From: Sminthopsis crassicaudata
Lineage: Eukaryota
Assembly: GCF_048593235.1 (NCBI RefSeq)
Contig: NC_133619.1
Coordinates: 64,370,454 to 64,434,453 of the forward strand
Length of the DNA: 64,000 nt
Direction: 5' to 3'
Below the pieces are notes generated by a model that was given only the letters and a program-made list of their open reading frames with translations, did no database searches and was not told the origin of the DNA. The position numbers and the translations under genes are program-made. Shown piece by piece: positions 36,279 through 49,335 of this stretch (position 1 is its first letter; every line of letters begins with the position of its first letter).

Positions 36279-36639
36279 TAGAAAATACTTTCACATTCAT
36301 TATCTCACAATACTATGAAGTAGTCAGAGAAGCTATTTTATTGTCTATTTTATAGAGAAGAAACTGAGGCTTTAAAAGGTGAAGTTAATTTGCTCAAAGA
36401 TATATAGCAACTTGAGGGTGGTAGATTTGGGAATAGAATTTAGTTCACAGAATCATAATATTTTGAATTGGAAGGGAAATTCTATATGACTGATATTTAG
36501 TGGAATGATATTCATGATTAAAACAGGGTTGTGGAAGAATGTGCCATATTTAAATTAAAAAATATAAAATTATATATATTCAAAGAACATACACATTTGA
36601 ACAAATTAATGAAATGAAGAAAAATTAGACAAGGATCAG

Positions 36640-37830
36640 GAGTAATGAGGAAAAACAGAAGTGATACTGTATACCTTAAATTACCTAAACAGAAAAAGGA
36701 AGTGGATAATTAATTCAGTAAATCTAGTAGAGAGTCATAATATGGGGAAACTTCAGCTCTCTAGACCACTTTGGGAGATTTATCTGATCAAAACAGAGGA
36801 GCTGAAAAATTCTTAGCTTACTTTAATGATGATTTCCTTTTTCTTTTCAAAATATGGAGGAAATGACTAGGGACAACTACTATTTTGAGTTTGATCCAGC
36901 CCCTTCCCACAATCCCTCAACCCTAAAGGAAGAATAGATTCCTGAAATGGTGAATACTTAGGAAGAAAGTGACTGCTCTGGAGTTGACTGTACAAAGAGA
37001 GGAGAAAGCCTGGAATAGGCTGATGCATACTCTAGATTTTGTGGGAGCAGCTTTTAAAGTGTTTAGGGAAAGGATAAGTAGGGTCTTGTAAACTAAAATT
37101 CTATAGGAAAATGTAAGCCAGAGAGGGGTGGAAAATATCCAAAAAGTAAATTCTGATGATACAATCCAAAACATTATCTCAGTAAGGGAAAAAAAAAAGA
37201 AGAGCTTTTAAAATAGATTCCTGTATATACTCAGGGAACTCAATGACCAACCTAAATTATAAAAATAAGAATAGAAGAAGAAAACAAAGATAATTAATTT
37301 ACACTAAGTACAAAAAAGAAGTATGGTTCTTTAGAATTTTGTTCAGAGTTCTCCTAGTATTTTTTTTAAAATAAATCATGGAAAATGGGACTAAACATGA
37401 ACAAATGTAATCCAACTTTTCAGAAAAGGCAAGGGAGTAAGGTCTTTGAACTCTATGGCAGTTAGTGTTTTTTTTTAAATCCTGCAAAAATTCTAGGATG
37501 CATCATTAAAGAAAATGGTTTATAAACATGTAGAAATTCAAGTAGTGATCATTGTTAGGCAATAATAGATCATTAATAATGTCCAATAAGCCAATAGTTC
37601 AATGGGAAAGACTGAGTTCTAGTGGAAAAAAACACACTGATGTTTTTACTCTGGTCCTATACCACAATATTGGAAGGATCATTTTGATTTCAATGAATAT
37701 CTGACAAAGTCTGTCATGCAGCCTCTGAGAAAAAGATGAAAAGGTGTAGGCTAGATCACACTACAGTTATTCAGGTTGAGTGAATGGGGTCAGCAGAAAT
37801 CCTTAATCCATAATATCAATTTAAAGGAAG
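36640..37830 (+). mobile_element. CR1/L3 ORF2 remnant (endonuclease to RT region), highly degraded
   Basis: Order of degraded motifs matches CR1 ORF2: GDFN-like, PTRG..LDL-like, ANV.PIFKKG, NYRPVSL..IPGKILE.IIK, DFSKAFDKV.H, GLD..TV.W. Confidence 0.65.
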
Positions 37831-38028
37831 GTCTTCAATTCAATTTAATTCAAAAGTTAATTTGAACAGTTTCTGTGTTGGGCTAGGCACTGGAAGTACA
37901 AAGGTAAAAAAGAAAACAGTCAATTTCAAGAAATTTATATCTCTAATGGAATACCACCTTCTCCCCCATTTCTCCTTGGTCTTGAGCTGTTCAACACTTA
38001 ATCAGCAATTTGTAAAAAAGTACAGAAT

Positions 38029-38167
38029 AGGGGCAGCTAGATGGTACAGTGGATAGAGCACCAGCCCTGAATTCAGGAGGACCCGAGTTCAAATCTGGTC
38101 TCAGACACTTAACACTTCCTAACTGTGTGACCCTGGGCAAGTCACTTAACCCCAGCCTCAGGGGAAA
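38029..38167 (+). mobile_element. WSINE1-type SINE with perfect 15-bp TSD
   Basis: ggggcagctagatggtacagtggatagagcaccagccctgaattcaggaggacccgagttcaaatc; TSD aaaaaagtacagaat. Confidence 0.97.
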
Positions 38168-38644
38168 AAAAAAGTACAGAATTTTTGCTTATAAAATTTG
38201 TAAAGGAAACAAAAGCATTAAATTCAACTTCAGAGATCATTCATTAAGCAATTATTATGTACCAGGTATCAAGTATTAATGTCTGGGGACACAATTATAA
38301 GTGAGAAAACAAGTTCCTGCAATCAAAGACCTTGTGTTCTAATGGGGAAGGACAATACATAAAGAGATCCTATAAGGGGTGAGGGAGGTGTGATATGAGG
38401 GCAATAAAAGTCAAAAGATCACCTTTCAGACCCAGACAACCTCCATGGTAATATAGTGCAGAATAGAAAAGATATGTGGTTTGATCACTGTTGATGTAAA
38501 AAAATTTTTTTAAATATATAATTCTTGTGTACATCAATGATATGGAATATTTACAAAAAATTACCAAAATAATCTTAACTTTCCATAAAAAAAGTTTATC
38601 AAGAATGAGCAAGATGATAACTTCCACTGTACTCTGATGTAGTC

Positions 38645-38870
38645 ATACTGAGGCAGGTAAGTAGTTCAGTGGATAGAATCAGGAAAAACTGAATTAAAAT
38701 CCAATCTCAGATACTTATTAGCTGTGTAACTCTAGGAAAATAATTTCTCTGCCTCAGTTTCCTCAACTGTAAAATGGGGAGGATCACAGCCCTACCTCAC
38801 AGGGTTGTTATTTGGATTAAAGGAAGTAATATTTGTAAAGAACTTAGCACATTGCTTGGCACACAGTGGA
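38645..38870 (+). mobile_element. MIR-family SINE
   Basis: cagtggatagaatcagg...gcctcagtttcctcaactgtaaaatgggg...ttagcacattgcttggcacacag. Confidence 0.8.
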
Positions 38871-41214
38871 CTGGCCATGTATTAATCAATCCTCCACAAT
38901 ATTGATCAATGAAGGTAAGTGAGAACAACTCAAGGAATTCATGCCTTCTTAGTTGAGTTAACCTTGTCAAGAGACAGTTAGTTATTCCTTCTTAAGATGA
39001 CTTATTAATATTAGGTTCTTCCCCTCTAAAAATGAATCTCCCTGTTGATTTCTGGCCAGATGCTTTGCCTCGAATGATGAAATATTATCATTTGGGAAGA
39101 GGTAGAGAGAGAGAGAGACAGAAAGGGAGAGAGACACAGATAAAGAGAGAGACAGAGACACTGGCAGGGAAACACAACATAGAAGAAAAATCCCAATCTT
39201 TTGACCATTTATAAATATCTTGTAATGCTACTTAGGAGAACATTTCCCCAGGATTCTTGGACTATCTTGGACTATCATTAGAAAGTAAACTGTATGTCTC
39301 CTGATAAGGTAGAAAAATTAATCTCTTTCTCTGGGATTAACCATCCCAGAATTCTCAGACTGGAAATTAGTTTATCGGGCTAAATCTGATTCTACCAGGA
39401 ATCCATGGTCAGAGGAGGCATGTGGGAACTCTCTGGTTCTCTCTGGTATGAAATAATCATGGTACTCTATGCTTTTATCATGGTCTAACAGGTAGATAAA
39501 GTCCTGGATTTGGTTAGAGTCATGTAACTCTGGATATGAATCTTGCCTCAGACACTTATTAGGGGAAGCTATTTGGCCTTCCTTGACCTTGGTTTTCTCA
39601 TCTGTAACATGGAGATAATAGTGGCTGCTACCTCACAATGCTATCATGAAGACCAAATGAGTTAATGTATAAAATGCTTAGCATACTTATTATAATTTTT
39701 CAACTGAGTTATAAAAATATAATAACAAAATCTTTTTATTTTAGAGGAGAGAAATCACTGGATTTGAAGTCAGGTGACCTACTTTCAAGTTCAGACTCTA
39801 ACTCTTGCTTGTCCAAATCACTTAGTGTCCTGAGGTCTCAGTTTTTCCATTTGTAAAATCTGAAAATTTTGACTTCCCCACCCTGAAGATCTTCAAGCAA
39901 AGGCTAGATGACTGTTTGCTAGGCTTATAAAAATAGGGATTCCTGCACAGTTCTACTAGATGACTTATCAGATCTAATGACCTTTCTAGGTCAAAATGTG
40001 TAATTCTAATACTGTCACATTGTTCTTAACAGCCTTTCTCCTTACCTTCCTTTGAGGGATAGTGATATTCTCTGTACTTAGGAAAAATGAGATCCTGAGC
40101 ATCTGCTCCATGTCATGCACATGAATATTTAGAGGTATATGATGGGGAATAATGTTAGCATGATTGACTTCCCTTCTGGACTCTTCCCCCTTGAAAAGAC
40201 TAGGGTAGAGCCTATTGATTTGTTGATTTTGCTGGTCAAGGGGTGGACATGGAATTACTTCCTCCCCATCCATCCATTCCTAACCCAACTATCATGCCAA
40301 TGGCTTGTGGCATTCCTCAGCATGCGTCAAGGAAAGCTGAGTTTGGTCTCCTTTGATAGAAATGCCTAGGAGCCTAGGAGCCCTGGCTGGGCTCTGTCCA
40401 AGGGCTGGCCACCAAGTGGTAAATGCCAACCTCCCCTCTCATTGTGGCTACTAGCAGCAGTCACTGGGGAGGTGGAAAGGCAGAATAGCCTGGAAAGGAT
40501 GAGAAGTTACTAATTCACTGAAGAAAGAGCAGCAGTTGTTTAAAATGGTAGTTTAAAAAGCTCATTTTTTTTTGAAGAAAATCTAACAGATTTGGCAGGG
40601 GAGGGACAAGAGACAAGGAAGCTGAGGGAGAAGGCCAGTAGGTATTGGCAAGATCTTAGCTGTTGTTTCCTTTCAGAGAAAATCATGAAAAGCAACTTCT
40701 GCTAGATAGGGAAAAATCAATTAGTGGATACCACAAAGACCCTTACTAATGTCTTACTAACATTCCTTTCTTTGATATTATTTGGCATTTACTTTGTATC
40801 TATTTTAACTTATTTATAAGCTTATTGTAGTCTATTCCAATAAGAAAAAATATGTAACTTAAGGGAATGAAGTACTTGATTTTTGTCTGTGTCCACTACC
40901 CAGCATGATGATTTAATGCTTATTTAACATGGTCCTTTTAGGGGCTTAACATGAGGCAGAAGAGTCTGTGTCACAATCACCTGATTGGGAGCAACAACAT
41001 TAGTACTAAAACTTGCCCAGCCATTAATTTATTGGGTCTGGGTGTCTCTTCCTCTCTCTGGGACTTGGTTTCTCCTCAACAATTTTAGTGGTTGTGAGGG
41101 GTAGATTTATGATATTGTAGCACTGAGGGATAGAGACTGGAACAGTGATTTTATTATTCAAAGCCCAATGAGTGACTTTCTCTCCCATTGCATACTTTAT
41201 AGTTATAGAGATGT

Positions 41215-41415
41215 AATGGTGTAAAATTCGCGGTCTACAGGTAGCCTGCAAAACTCCAGAGTGCAATTGGACCAGATTAAAATGTAATTGGGCAATTTTT
41301 AACAAAATAAATAAATATGAACTAAATTGGTGGTTTTCTAAATTTGATACTTCACCTTCAGGGATTCTTATAAATAGTTCAGTGGACCTTTTTAAATTTG
41401 AATTTGATAGCACTA
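41215..41415. mobile_element. hAT-like MITE, same family as 30266-30444 in opposite orientation
   Basis: Degenerate termini taatggtgtaaaattc and gaatttgatagcacta; shared internal tttaacaaaat and gttttctaa. Confidence 0.5.
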
Positions 41416-41489
41416 GTCTAGATCATTGACAGATTAAATGATTTGCCTGTATCACAGAGTCACAGTTGGGGCTTCTGAATCTACTATTC

Positions 41490-41945
41490 AGCCCTCATCT
41501 CTTTTTAGAGTTTCATTTCCTTCACACCAACTGCTTCCTAGAATCTCCACTTGAATGTGTCATAAGCATATCAAACTCATTATATCCAAAGTAAAATTAT
41601 TTAAGTTTACTCTTAGTATATCCTTCTTTTGAAATTTCCACTTTCTATTGAGGGTACCAATCTTTCCAATCTCCTGATTTTGTATCATCAACATCTTACT
41701 CAACTCTTCATTTTCCCTGAACTCCATATAGCCAATTACTTGCTGTCAATTTTGTTTCTACAATATCTCTGTGTGTATAGTACATAAATATAAATAAAGT
41801 ATATTTATATTTACTAATATTTGTACATACTACCAGAGAACATAAGTTCATTGAGGATAGGGCTGTTTTGCTTCTGTCTTTGTATTCTCAGAATTTAATA
41901 CATTACCCTCACATAATACATGCTTAATGAAAGCTTTTTGAATTT
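41490..41945 (+). mobile_element. L2 3' fragment
   Basis: catatcaaactcattatatccaaa, gagggtacc, aagttcattgaggatagggctgtttt, tgcttaatgaa. Confidence 0.65.
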
Positions 41946-42419
41946 GAATGGAATCCCCTGACCTTCACATCCCCAACAGTCAAATAATGATGATTAGGGC
42001 AATGAACAAAGACTGATGGACAGAAAGAACCTCGCAAAAAATGATCTGGAGAAGGAACCTGAATTTTCTTTTGGGTCAAACCAGAGTTCATGGTGTAAAC
42101 AAATCTAGAGAGTTAGTCATGAAGTTATAAGAAAGGTTGTAGAAGTGGTACCAAGTGAAATCTAAAATCTCTTCTTATTCCTAGACTCTTTTAAATAACG
42201 CCAAATCCTTGAGAGGCCTTACAGATCATTTAGTTAAACCTTTTCATTTTTCATTTGAAGAAAGGGGGTATTGAGATATTCCAGGGTTAATGGGTGAAGA
42301 AGTTGCACATATCACCAGAGAGTGGACAACAAGTAGGTTGTAATAATGTGTACCTTGCATACAATTGCTTTTTAGTTGTGTCTAATCTTTGTGATCCCAT
42401 TTTCCTTTTTTAAAAATAA

Positions 42420-44030
42420 TGTTGATTTGTTATTTTTAAGCTTTTTATTTACAAAACATATGCATGAGTAATTTTTCAACATTGACCCTTACAAAATCTT
42501 GTGTTTCAAATTTTCCCCTCCCTCCCTCACCCCCTCCCCTAGATGGCATATAATCCATATATGTTAAATATTTTAAAATATATGTTAAATCCAATAGATG
42601 TGTATATATATGTGTTTACATAGGTAATTTTTAAAGTTAAATTTTATTTTTCAATGAACAAAAACTAATTTTCTACTTTCTATCTCCCACTAGAAAAAAC
42701 AATGCAATCCTTGTAACAAATACAAATAGACCAAAGATAATTTCATGCATTGTACCTGTCCAAAAATTTTTCTTCATTCTGCACTTAGACTGGTCAGGAA
42801 ATGGGTAGCATATTTTGTCATTGGTCCTCTGGATTCTTGATTGGTTATTGTATTGATAATTGTCCTTAAGTATTTCAAAATTGTTATTATATTATATTGT
42901 CATATATATTATATTGTGCCATATCATATCATATTGTATTCATTTGTTTTCTTTATGTAAATTCTGTTCACTCACTTAATTTTGCATGAACTCATAAAAA
43001 TCGGACTAGGTTTTACTGAACCTCTTCCTTTCAGCTTTTCTTATGGAAGAATGGTATTTTAGTACATTTTATACCATTTCCCCATCCCCAGCTATTCCCC
43101 AATTAAGGGGAACTCTCTTGCTTTGCAGATTTTTGCTGCTGTAAAAAAGCTGCTCTGTATCTATGTCTATGTCTATGTCTATGTCTATGTCTATGTCTAT
43201 GTCTATGTCTATGTCTATGTCTATGTCTATGTCTATGTCTATGTCTATACCTATATCTATAGTTATATCTATATCTATATATCCTTTTCTTCTTTTTTGC
43301 TCTTTTTGGTGTATAATGATAATACTAGATCAAAGGTCACATGCAGTTTTTGAGGTACATAATTGCAAATTATTTTCCAGAATGACAGCACCATTAACAA
43401 TGCATCAGTGTTCCTTTTTTTTTTCACAGCCTCTCCAACATTTAGTGGTTTTTTTTTGTTATCTTTACCAATCTGATGGATGTTAGAACCTCAAAGATAC
43501 TCTAATTTTTATTTTTTTCTAATTTTTTTTAATGATTTGGGGATATTTCATATGATTATTGATAATCAGACCATTTATCAATTGGGGAATGGGTTTTAGT
43601 CTTTTAAATCTGAATAAATTTCTTAATTATTTTGAAGATGAGAAGTTTACCAGAAGAACTTTCTGCAAAGATTTTCTTCCCTTCTAATTTTAGCTGCATT
43701 GGTTTTATTTGGGCACACATTTCTCAATTGTATGTAATTTAAACTGACCATGTAATCTTTTTGTGATCATTTCTATATTTTATTTGATCATGAATTCTTT
43801 TATTCTAAATCAGAAAGATAATTTCTTCCTTGCTCTTCTAATTTGTTTATAATGTCATCTCTGTCTCTAAATAATGTATCCAATTAGAATTTATATTGGT
43901 ATGTGGTATGAGATGTTAGTGTATACCTAGTATTTGTCTTTTTGCTTTCTAGTTTTCCTGCTAGTTTTTGTCAAATGATTAGTTCTTACTTCTGCAGTTG
44001 GATCTTTGTTTTTTGTCAAATATTGGGCTA
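42420..44030 (-). mobile_element. Stacked L1 fragments: younger 3' end (about 42420-42610) then older L1
   Basis: Antisense L1 3' UTR and ORF2 motifs throughout. Confidence 0.8.
43161..43280. repeat. (CTATGT)n hexamer microsatellite, about 14 perfect units grading into (CTATAT)n, inside L1
   Basis: Directly visible. Confidence 0.95.
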
Positions 44031-44039
44031 ATGTGTCCA

Positions 44040-44290
44040 TGAGTGCATAAAGAAAAATGACATATCAGAATGCCAGAAAGTAAGTGGAAACTAGTTTATA
44101 AAAATGCCAAATAAAGGGATTTGTACTTAATTAGAGGTAAAGATCTATTAGGCATTTTTGAGCAGGGGAGTGACATTATCATATTTTTCTTTAGAAAATC
44201 ATTTTGGCTTCTGTGCAGATGACAGGTTGAAGAAGGGAGATATTTGAAACAGAGAGACTAATTAGAAGCTATTATAATAGTCCATCCTAC
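44040..44290 (-). mobile_element. L2 fragment
   Basis: ttttgagcaggggagtgacatt...tagaaaatcattttggc...agagagactaattagaagctattataatagtcc. Confidence 0.7.
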
Positions 44291-45672
44291 TATAGACTAA
44301 CCTGGGGTTAGTTTAGGGTTGTTCAAAATCATGTGGGACCCATACTATGCTTAAATGATCCATGTGCTTCTTTGTTATCTGTGCAATGTCAAGCTACCTT
44401 TAGGAAGGCCTGTGGATGTTGGGTAAATCATCCTATGGAATATTTATGAAATACTTCTGTTTCATGAGTTGAGAATATATGAATAATTTGCAAGTTATAC
44501 CATTGAAGGGAATACCTACATTGATGAAATTACAGATTCATCAAAATATACAGTTATTCTCTTGTGATTTGTGAATTATCTTTATAATATAGCCAGAATG
44601 GAATGTCTTAGCAGCCAGCATTAGTTTAGCAAACAGATCAGAAGATATTCTTAATACCTGTCTTTCCTATATCATCTAGATATGGCTATTTATTTTGTAG
44701 AATATACTTGTTCCTTAGAATAAAGTTGAAGTTTCTAGCTTCTGGGCCCATGATTTCCTTCCCTTTCGTATCATCTTCAGGAATCTGGGTTCCATTTTGT
44801 TAGAGTGCTGGCTTCCTTCACATAGAAAATACATCCTCTTTTTTAGTGTGAATTTTAGATTTCTATCAGGGCTGGATGAAGGAGCTCAGAAAAGGAAGCT
44901 GGGTAACCCCCAAGCTTATCCATCCTACTACTCAATTCCCTTTTCCTAACTTCCCTCCCCCATCTTGCCCCAGGTCCCTCCTTACTCCCACCTCAAAACT
45001 GTTTCTGAGGTTTGGAAATAGCATCGAGATTCCCCTCACCCTATATTTTTCCTCTCCCAATTTTTTCTACCCGAATCCATTTGTAAGCGAAAAACCATTT
45101 AGGGTGTTGTGTTTATTTTTTTGTCTTGTTCCACGGGAAATTACTCAGAATGTATAAGTATGTGTTTTCCTAAGAAAACAGATTCCTTTACATTTTGGCT
45201 TTGTGGTTCCCAAAGCAAGCAGGGCCCACAGAGCCCTAGGCTGCCAAAAGGCTTTACTAGCTATTCACCACTCTTCTCCACCTCAGCAATTATTCCCTTT
45301 CTCCTCTTATGACCAGCTCCCTTTCCCCCAATCATCTTTGACCTACCCCTCCACCACTCCAGTTATCTTCGTGGGTTCCTCCTGGAGCTCAGGCCTCAAT
45401 ACTTTGGCCAAGGAAGGCCCGACTTCTGGTCTCCTGTTCCTTTCTGCTCCCAGAAAATTTAGCGTCCTTGATTCTTATCTCCATTTACTTTTGGGGAAGT
45501 GGACCTATTGTGTGTGTGTTTGTGTGTGTGTTGGGGGGGGGGGGAATGGAGCATTGGATTTGGACCCAGAGGATTTGGATTCTGATGTTGACTCTTACTT
45601 TTTGTCTCAGTTACTTTTTGGAAAAGTCATTTCTTCTCTTTTGGTTCAACTTTCCTCATTTATATAATAAAT

Positions 45673-45862
45673 TAGGGGTGCTTAACCGGGGTTCTTGAAT
45701 TTTATTTATTTTTAGAGTCTTGATAATTGCATTTCAATGTAATTGATTAATTTAGTGATCCTATGTATTCTTTTACACATTTAAAAATATTATTCTGATA
45801 AGGGATTCATAGGTTTTACCAGATGATCTGGGGGTCTACAACAGAAAGGGTAAGACCTCCTG
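45673..45862 (+). mobile_element. Near full-length hAT-like MITE
   Basis: Degenerate TIRs taggggtgcttaacc and gggtaagacctcctg; internal body matches 34440-34600. Confidence 0.65.
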
Positions 45863-47289
45863 GCTTAGGTGCTCTCCAAGGTCCTTTATGGTTATGAAGC
45901 TTGTAATTAAGAAATGAAATTAGAAGAATTAGAGAAATTAGAAAATGAGAGAATTTTTCTTACCTCTCAGCAAAGACATTTTCATTAAAGCTTCTCATCC
46001 TTCCCATGTTATATTACTCTGATGAGAAGGTTTTCCTGTTGTCTAATTCCAGTTCCTCCTGCTATATCTGTGGCAATTCCTTTCCTTTGGAGGTTCAAAG
46101 AAAAAGGAGGGGAATAAGTAACTTCTTCCCTAAATACACACCTACATTTTCCTGTAGCCATCCCTTTCCCCCACATTTTCCAATTATACTCTTTTATTTG
46201 GAATTTTGGGTATATGTATATACCTGAAAGGAAGGGGGAGAAAGTAGAGAGATGAGTGTCTCTATGCCAATTAATCAGAAAGCATTTATTAAACATCTAC
46301 CATATGTCAAGCAGACTAATAGCTGGAATTAGTCTGGAGCAGGAAAAATTGTATTGTATTTCTATTCTTTATTGTTTTTACTCCCCAGTCTGAATTTGGG
46401 GTCTTTGAACTTCCTCTCTCTTCTTTCAAAATCAACTAGTTGGATCATTGAAACTGGGAGTGTTGAGTTATAATAAGGTTAATTCTGATTGGGCAGCAGT
46501 ATGGTGATCCTCCAGGAAGAAGGTGGGACACCAGATAACCAAAGGAAGGATAAATTGATTTTAACTGACTTTCTATAAGAAATCAATTTCTCTCAATTCC
46601 ATGACTTGACTTAACTTATCTGTATTGGAATTGAAGTTAGTTGAGGAACTCATTATGTAGTTTTTACTTAAGCTTGAGGATATCAGAGGGTAAATGGGAT
46701 CATAGAATTGCTTGGAAGAAAGGAAATAGCATTATTTAGGATTAGTGGATTATACCACACCAGAATAATGATCATGCATAAAGGAGAAACTAGGATAAGA
46801 GAGGATGATTTTCTTTCTGGTTGTGCTTGACAAAAGAAGAATGAAAAAGATGATTTCTAAAAGGCCTTTCCACTCCTTTTTTGGGTCAGTAGGAAGTTTA
46901 AGGTTCCAATATTGATACATCCAAAGTCAATTTACAATAGCCACGTGTAATCTTAAAAGCCTTTATTATATGTACTCACATAATGCCCTGACTTGATGCC
47001 CTGACTTGTTGGTTCCTGAGTGAACATCTGGTCAGAAGACTCACGTGTTCACTACCAAAATCCTTACCTCTTTTGGCTACCCATCTCGGCTTGACCACCC
47101 AGGCTAGGGAGCCAGGGTGAAGATGCCTTTCTAAGCCATCTGAAGACTTCCCTAGACTTACACATTTAGGAAACTTTTTCCAGATTGGAAAAACAGAGCA
47201 GGTCAAATTTCTGGGATGATCAGTACTAGGATTAAGACTCTAAATGGCAGCTGTACTTGCAGGGTAAGTGGTATAGAGAGACCCAGACT

Positions 47290-47675
47290 CCCTCTCCCTC
47301 TCTCTCTCCCTCTTCTTCTCTCTCTTCCCCTCTCCCTCTCCCCTTCTCCCTCTCTCCCTCTCCCTTTCCCCCTTTCCCTTTCCNNNNNNNNNNNNNNNNN
47401 NNNNNNNNNNNNNNNNNNNNNNNNNNNNNNNNNNNNNNNNNNNNNNNNNNNNNNNNNNNNNNNNNNNNNNNNNNNNNNNNNNNNNNNNNNNNNNNNNNNN
47501 NNNNNNNNNNNNNNNNNNNNNNNNNNNNNNNNNNNNNNNNNNNNNNNNNNNNNNNNNNNNNNNNNNNNNNNNNNNNNNNNNNNNNNNNNNNNNNNNNNNN
47601 NNNNNNNNNNNNNNNNNNNNNNNNNNNNNNNNNNNNNNNNNNNNNNNNNNNNNNNNNNNNNNNNNNNNNNNNNNN
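47290..47675. other. CT-rich simple repeat running into an assembly gap (47384-47675)
   Basis: (CT)/(CCCTCT) low-complexity sequence, then N. Confidence 0.95.
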
Positions 47676-49335
47676 CTGTCAATGCCTGATAATGGCCTAA
47701 ATTTTTCCCCTCTCACAGGTTATTTTCATTTGAATAGTATTTGAATCCAAAGAAAGCAATTAATAATGGTAGCATCTATAGGATGGTGAAGAGCTCTATT
47801 GGGATGTAATTTTCCTACAGTTCATCTCTGACTATTCACTCCAACAGTCTTGCTTGGTATCATGACCCTATTTATCCCTGACTTACATGATCATTATTCT
47901 GGGTCCTGAGTAGTTTCATCTCCTTTCTTCCAAGCATTTTTGATGTCCTCAAAGCTAAAGAAAAAACAAGATAATAAGATACTTATTTAATTCACATTCT
48001 AAAATACCCAAGTCAAATTAAGTAATGTAACTGAGAGAAATATATTTCTTATAGGGCGTCAGTTGAAATCAGTCTACAAATCTGGGTGCCAAACATTTTT
48101 TTTGAACAACTTAATTTTTAATTATTAAAAAAACATGCAAAATATAGTTTGACTATATGCGTATAAATGTATACACACGTATATTTCCCCCTTCTTTTTT
48201 CCATATTTCTGCTTGTGAAGGTTCTGAATACTAAGTACTAAATTAGTTCTGACTAGTCTTTCATTCCCATATTATTGATCAAATGTAAGAAAGCTTGTAA
48301 AATATTCAGAAAGTTCAGCTGTTACCCAGCCTACAAAGGCCAGTGCCAAGATATCTCCTTTGAGCTGAGGGTTGTAAAAATGCAAGATAGCTTAAATCTA
48401 GAGCAGCATAACCCTAAAACAACTACAAGATGAGAATATTTACCTATAAAATTCTGTTTGTGTATGGTTGCTTATACTAGTATTACTCTGTAGGTATATG
48501 TCTGCTTCTATATTTTTTCTGCTTGAACAAAACACCTGCCTTTTTATGTCTCCATCTTTGCATTTATCTTGTCTAACATTTTTTTCTTGGTTTCCCTTTT
48601 CATTTAGACCTTGTACCATCTCCTCTATATTTCCCTTTTCATTCTTTCCATCTCAGAGCCAAACAATTTTAGAGTTGGAATAGATCTTAAATGTTCCACT
48701 TAACTGGCTCCAATATAGAATTAATATGTAGTTTATTATTTGTTTTTTATTTATTTGCCAGAATGCTATATTTCTTGTATAGTGTTATTTTGTGCACATA
48801 TCCTCTGGGACACCAAGAGATGCATGATTGTGGGTATCAGGCAGAAGTCTTCTGCTTCCTTTTTCTCTATGACTCTTGGAGAGTTTTGGCCTGACTTTGA
48901 GACTAGAATGACTTACCTTAGCTCCTCCTGTTCTTTCCAATTGGGAGAAGACTCTGGGGGAATTTCAGAGATTCAGCCTCCATATTTCCAAAGAAACATG
49001 TCTATAGTTGTGAAATCATGAGTGTTAGACTCCAGAATCAATATGGTATTAACAGATTTTGCCTTGCTTAAATCCATTCGGGCTGCAGATGGAACATAGC
49101 AATTCCTCTTTTCTAAGAGGGCATGAGTTTGATATTTCCCATAGTCTTAGGAGGCTTAACTTTGTCTCTTAACAGTTTAATTATCCATTTTGTATTTAAA
49201 TACCACTTGCTTTGCTAACCTCAGTATATTATTTGACTGCATCAAGGAAAGGAGTGATTAGGAGGGAAGCACTCTCTGTGGCTAGGACTCATTGCCATAG
49301 AAAAGAATTATCGAGTCATTTTTGCAACTTTTCAG

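Noticed and set aside
43123-43486. ORFs with YVYVYV and SMSMSM repeats (also IYIYIY at 35921-36187 and HTHT at 50312-50515)
   Set aside because: Translations of microsatellites
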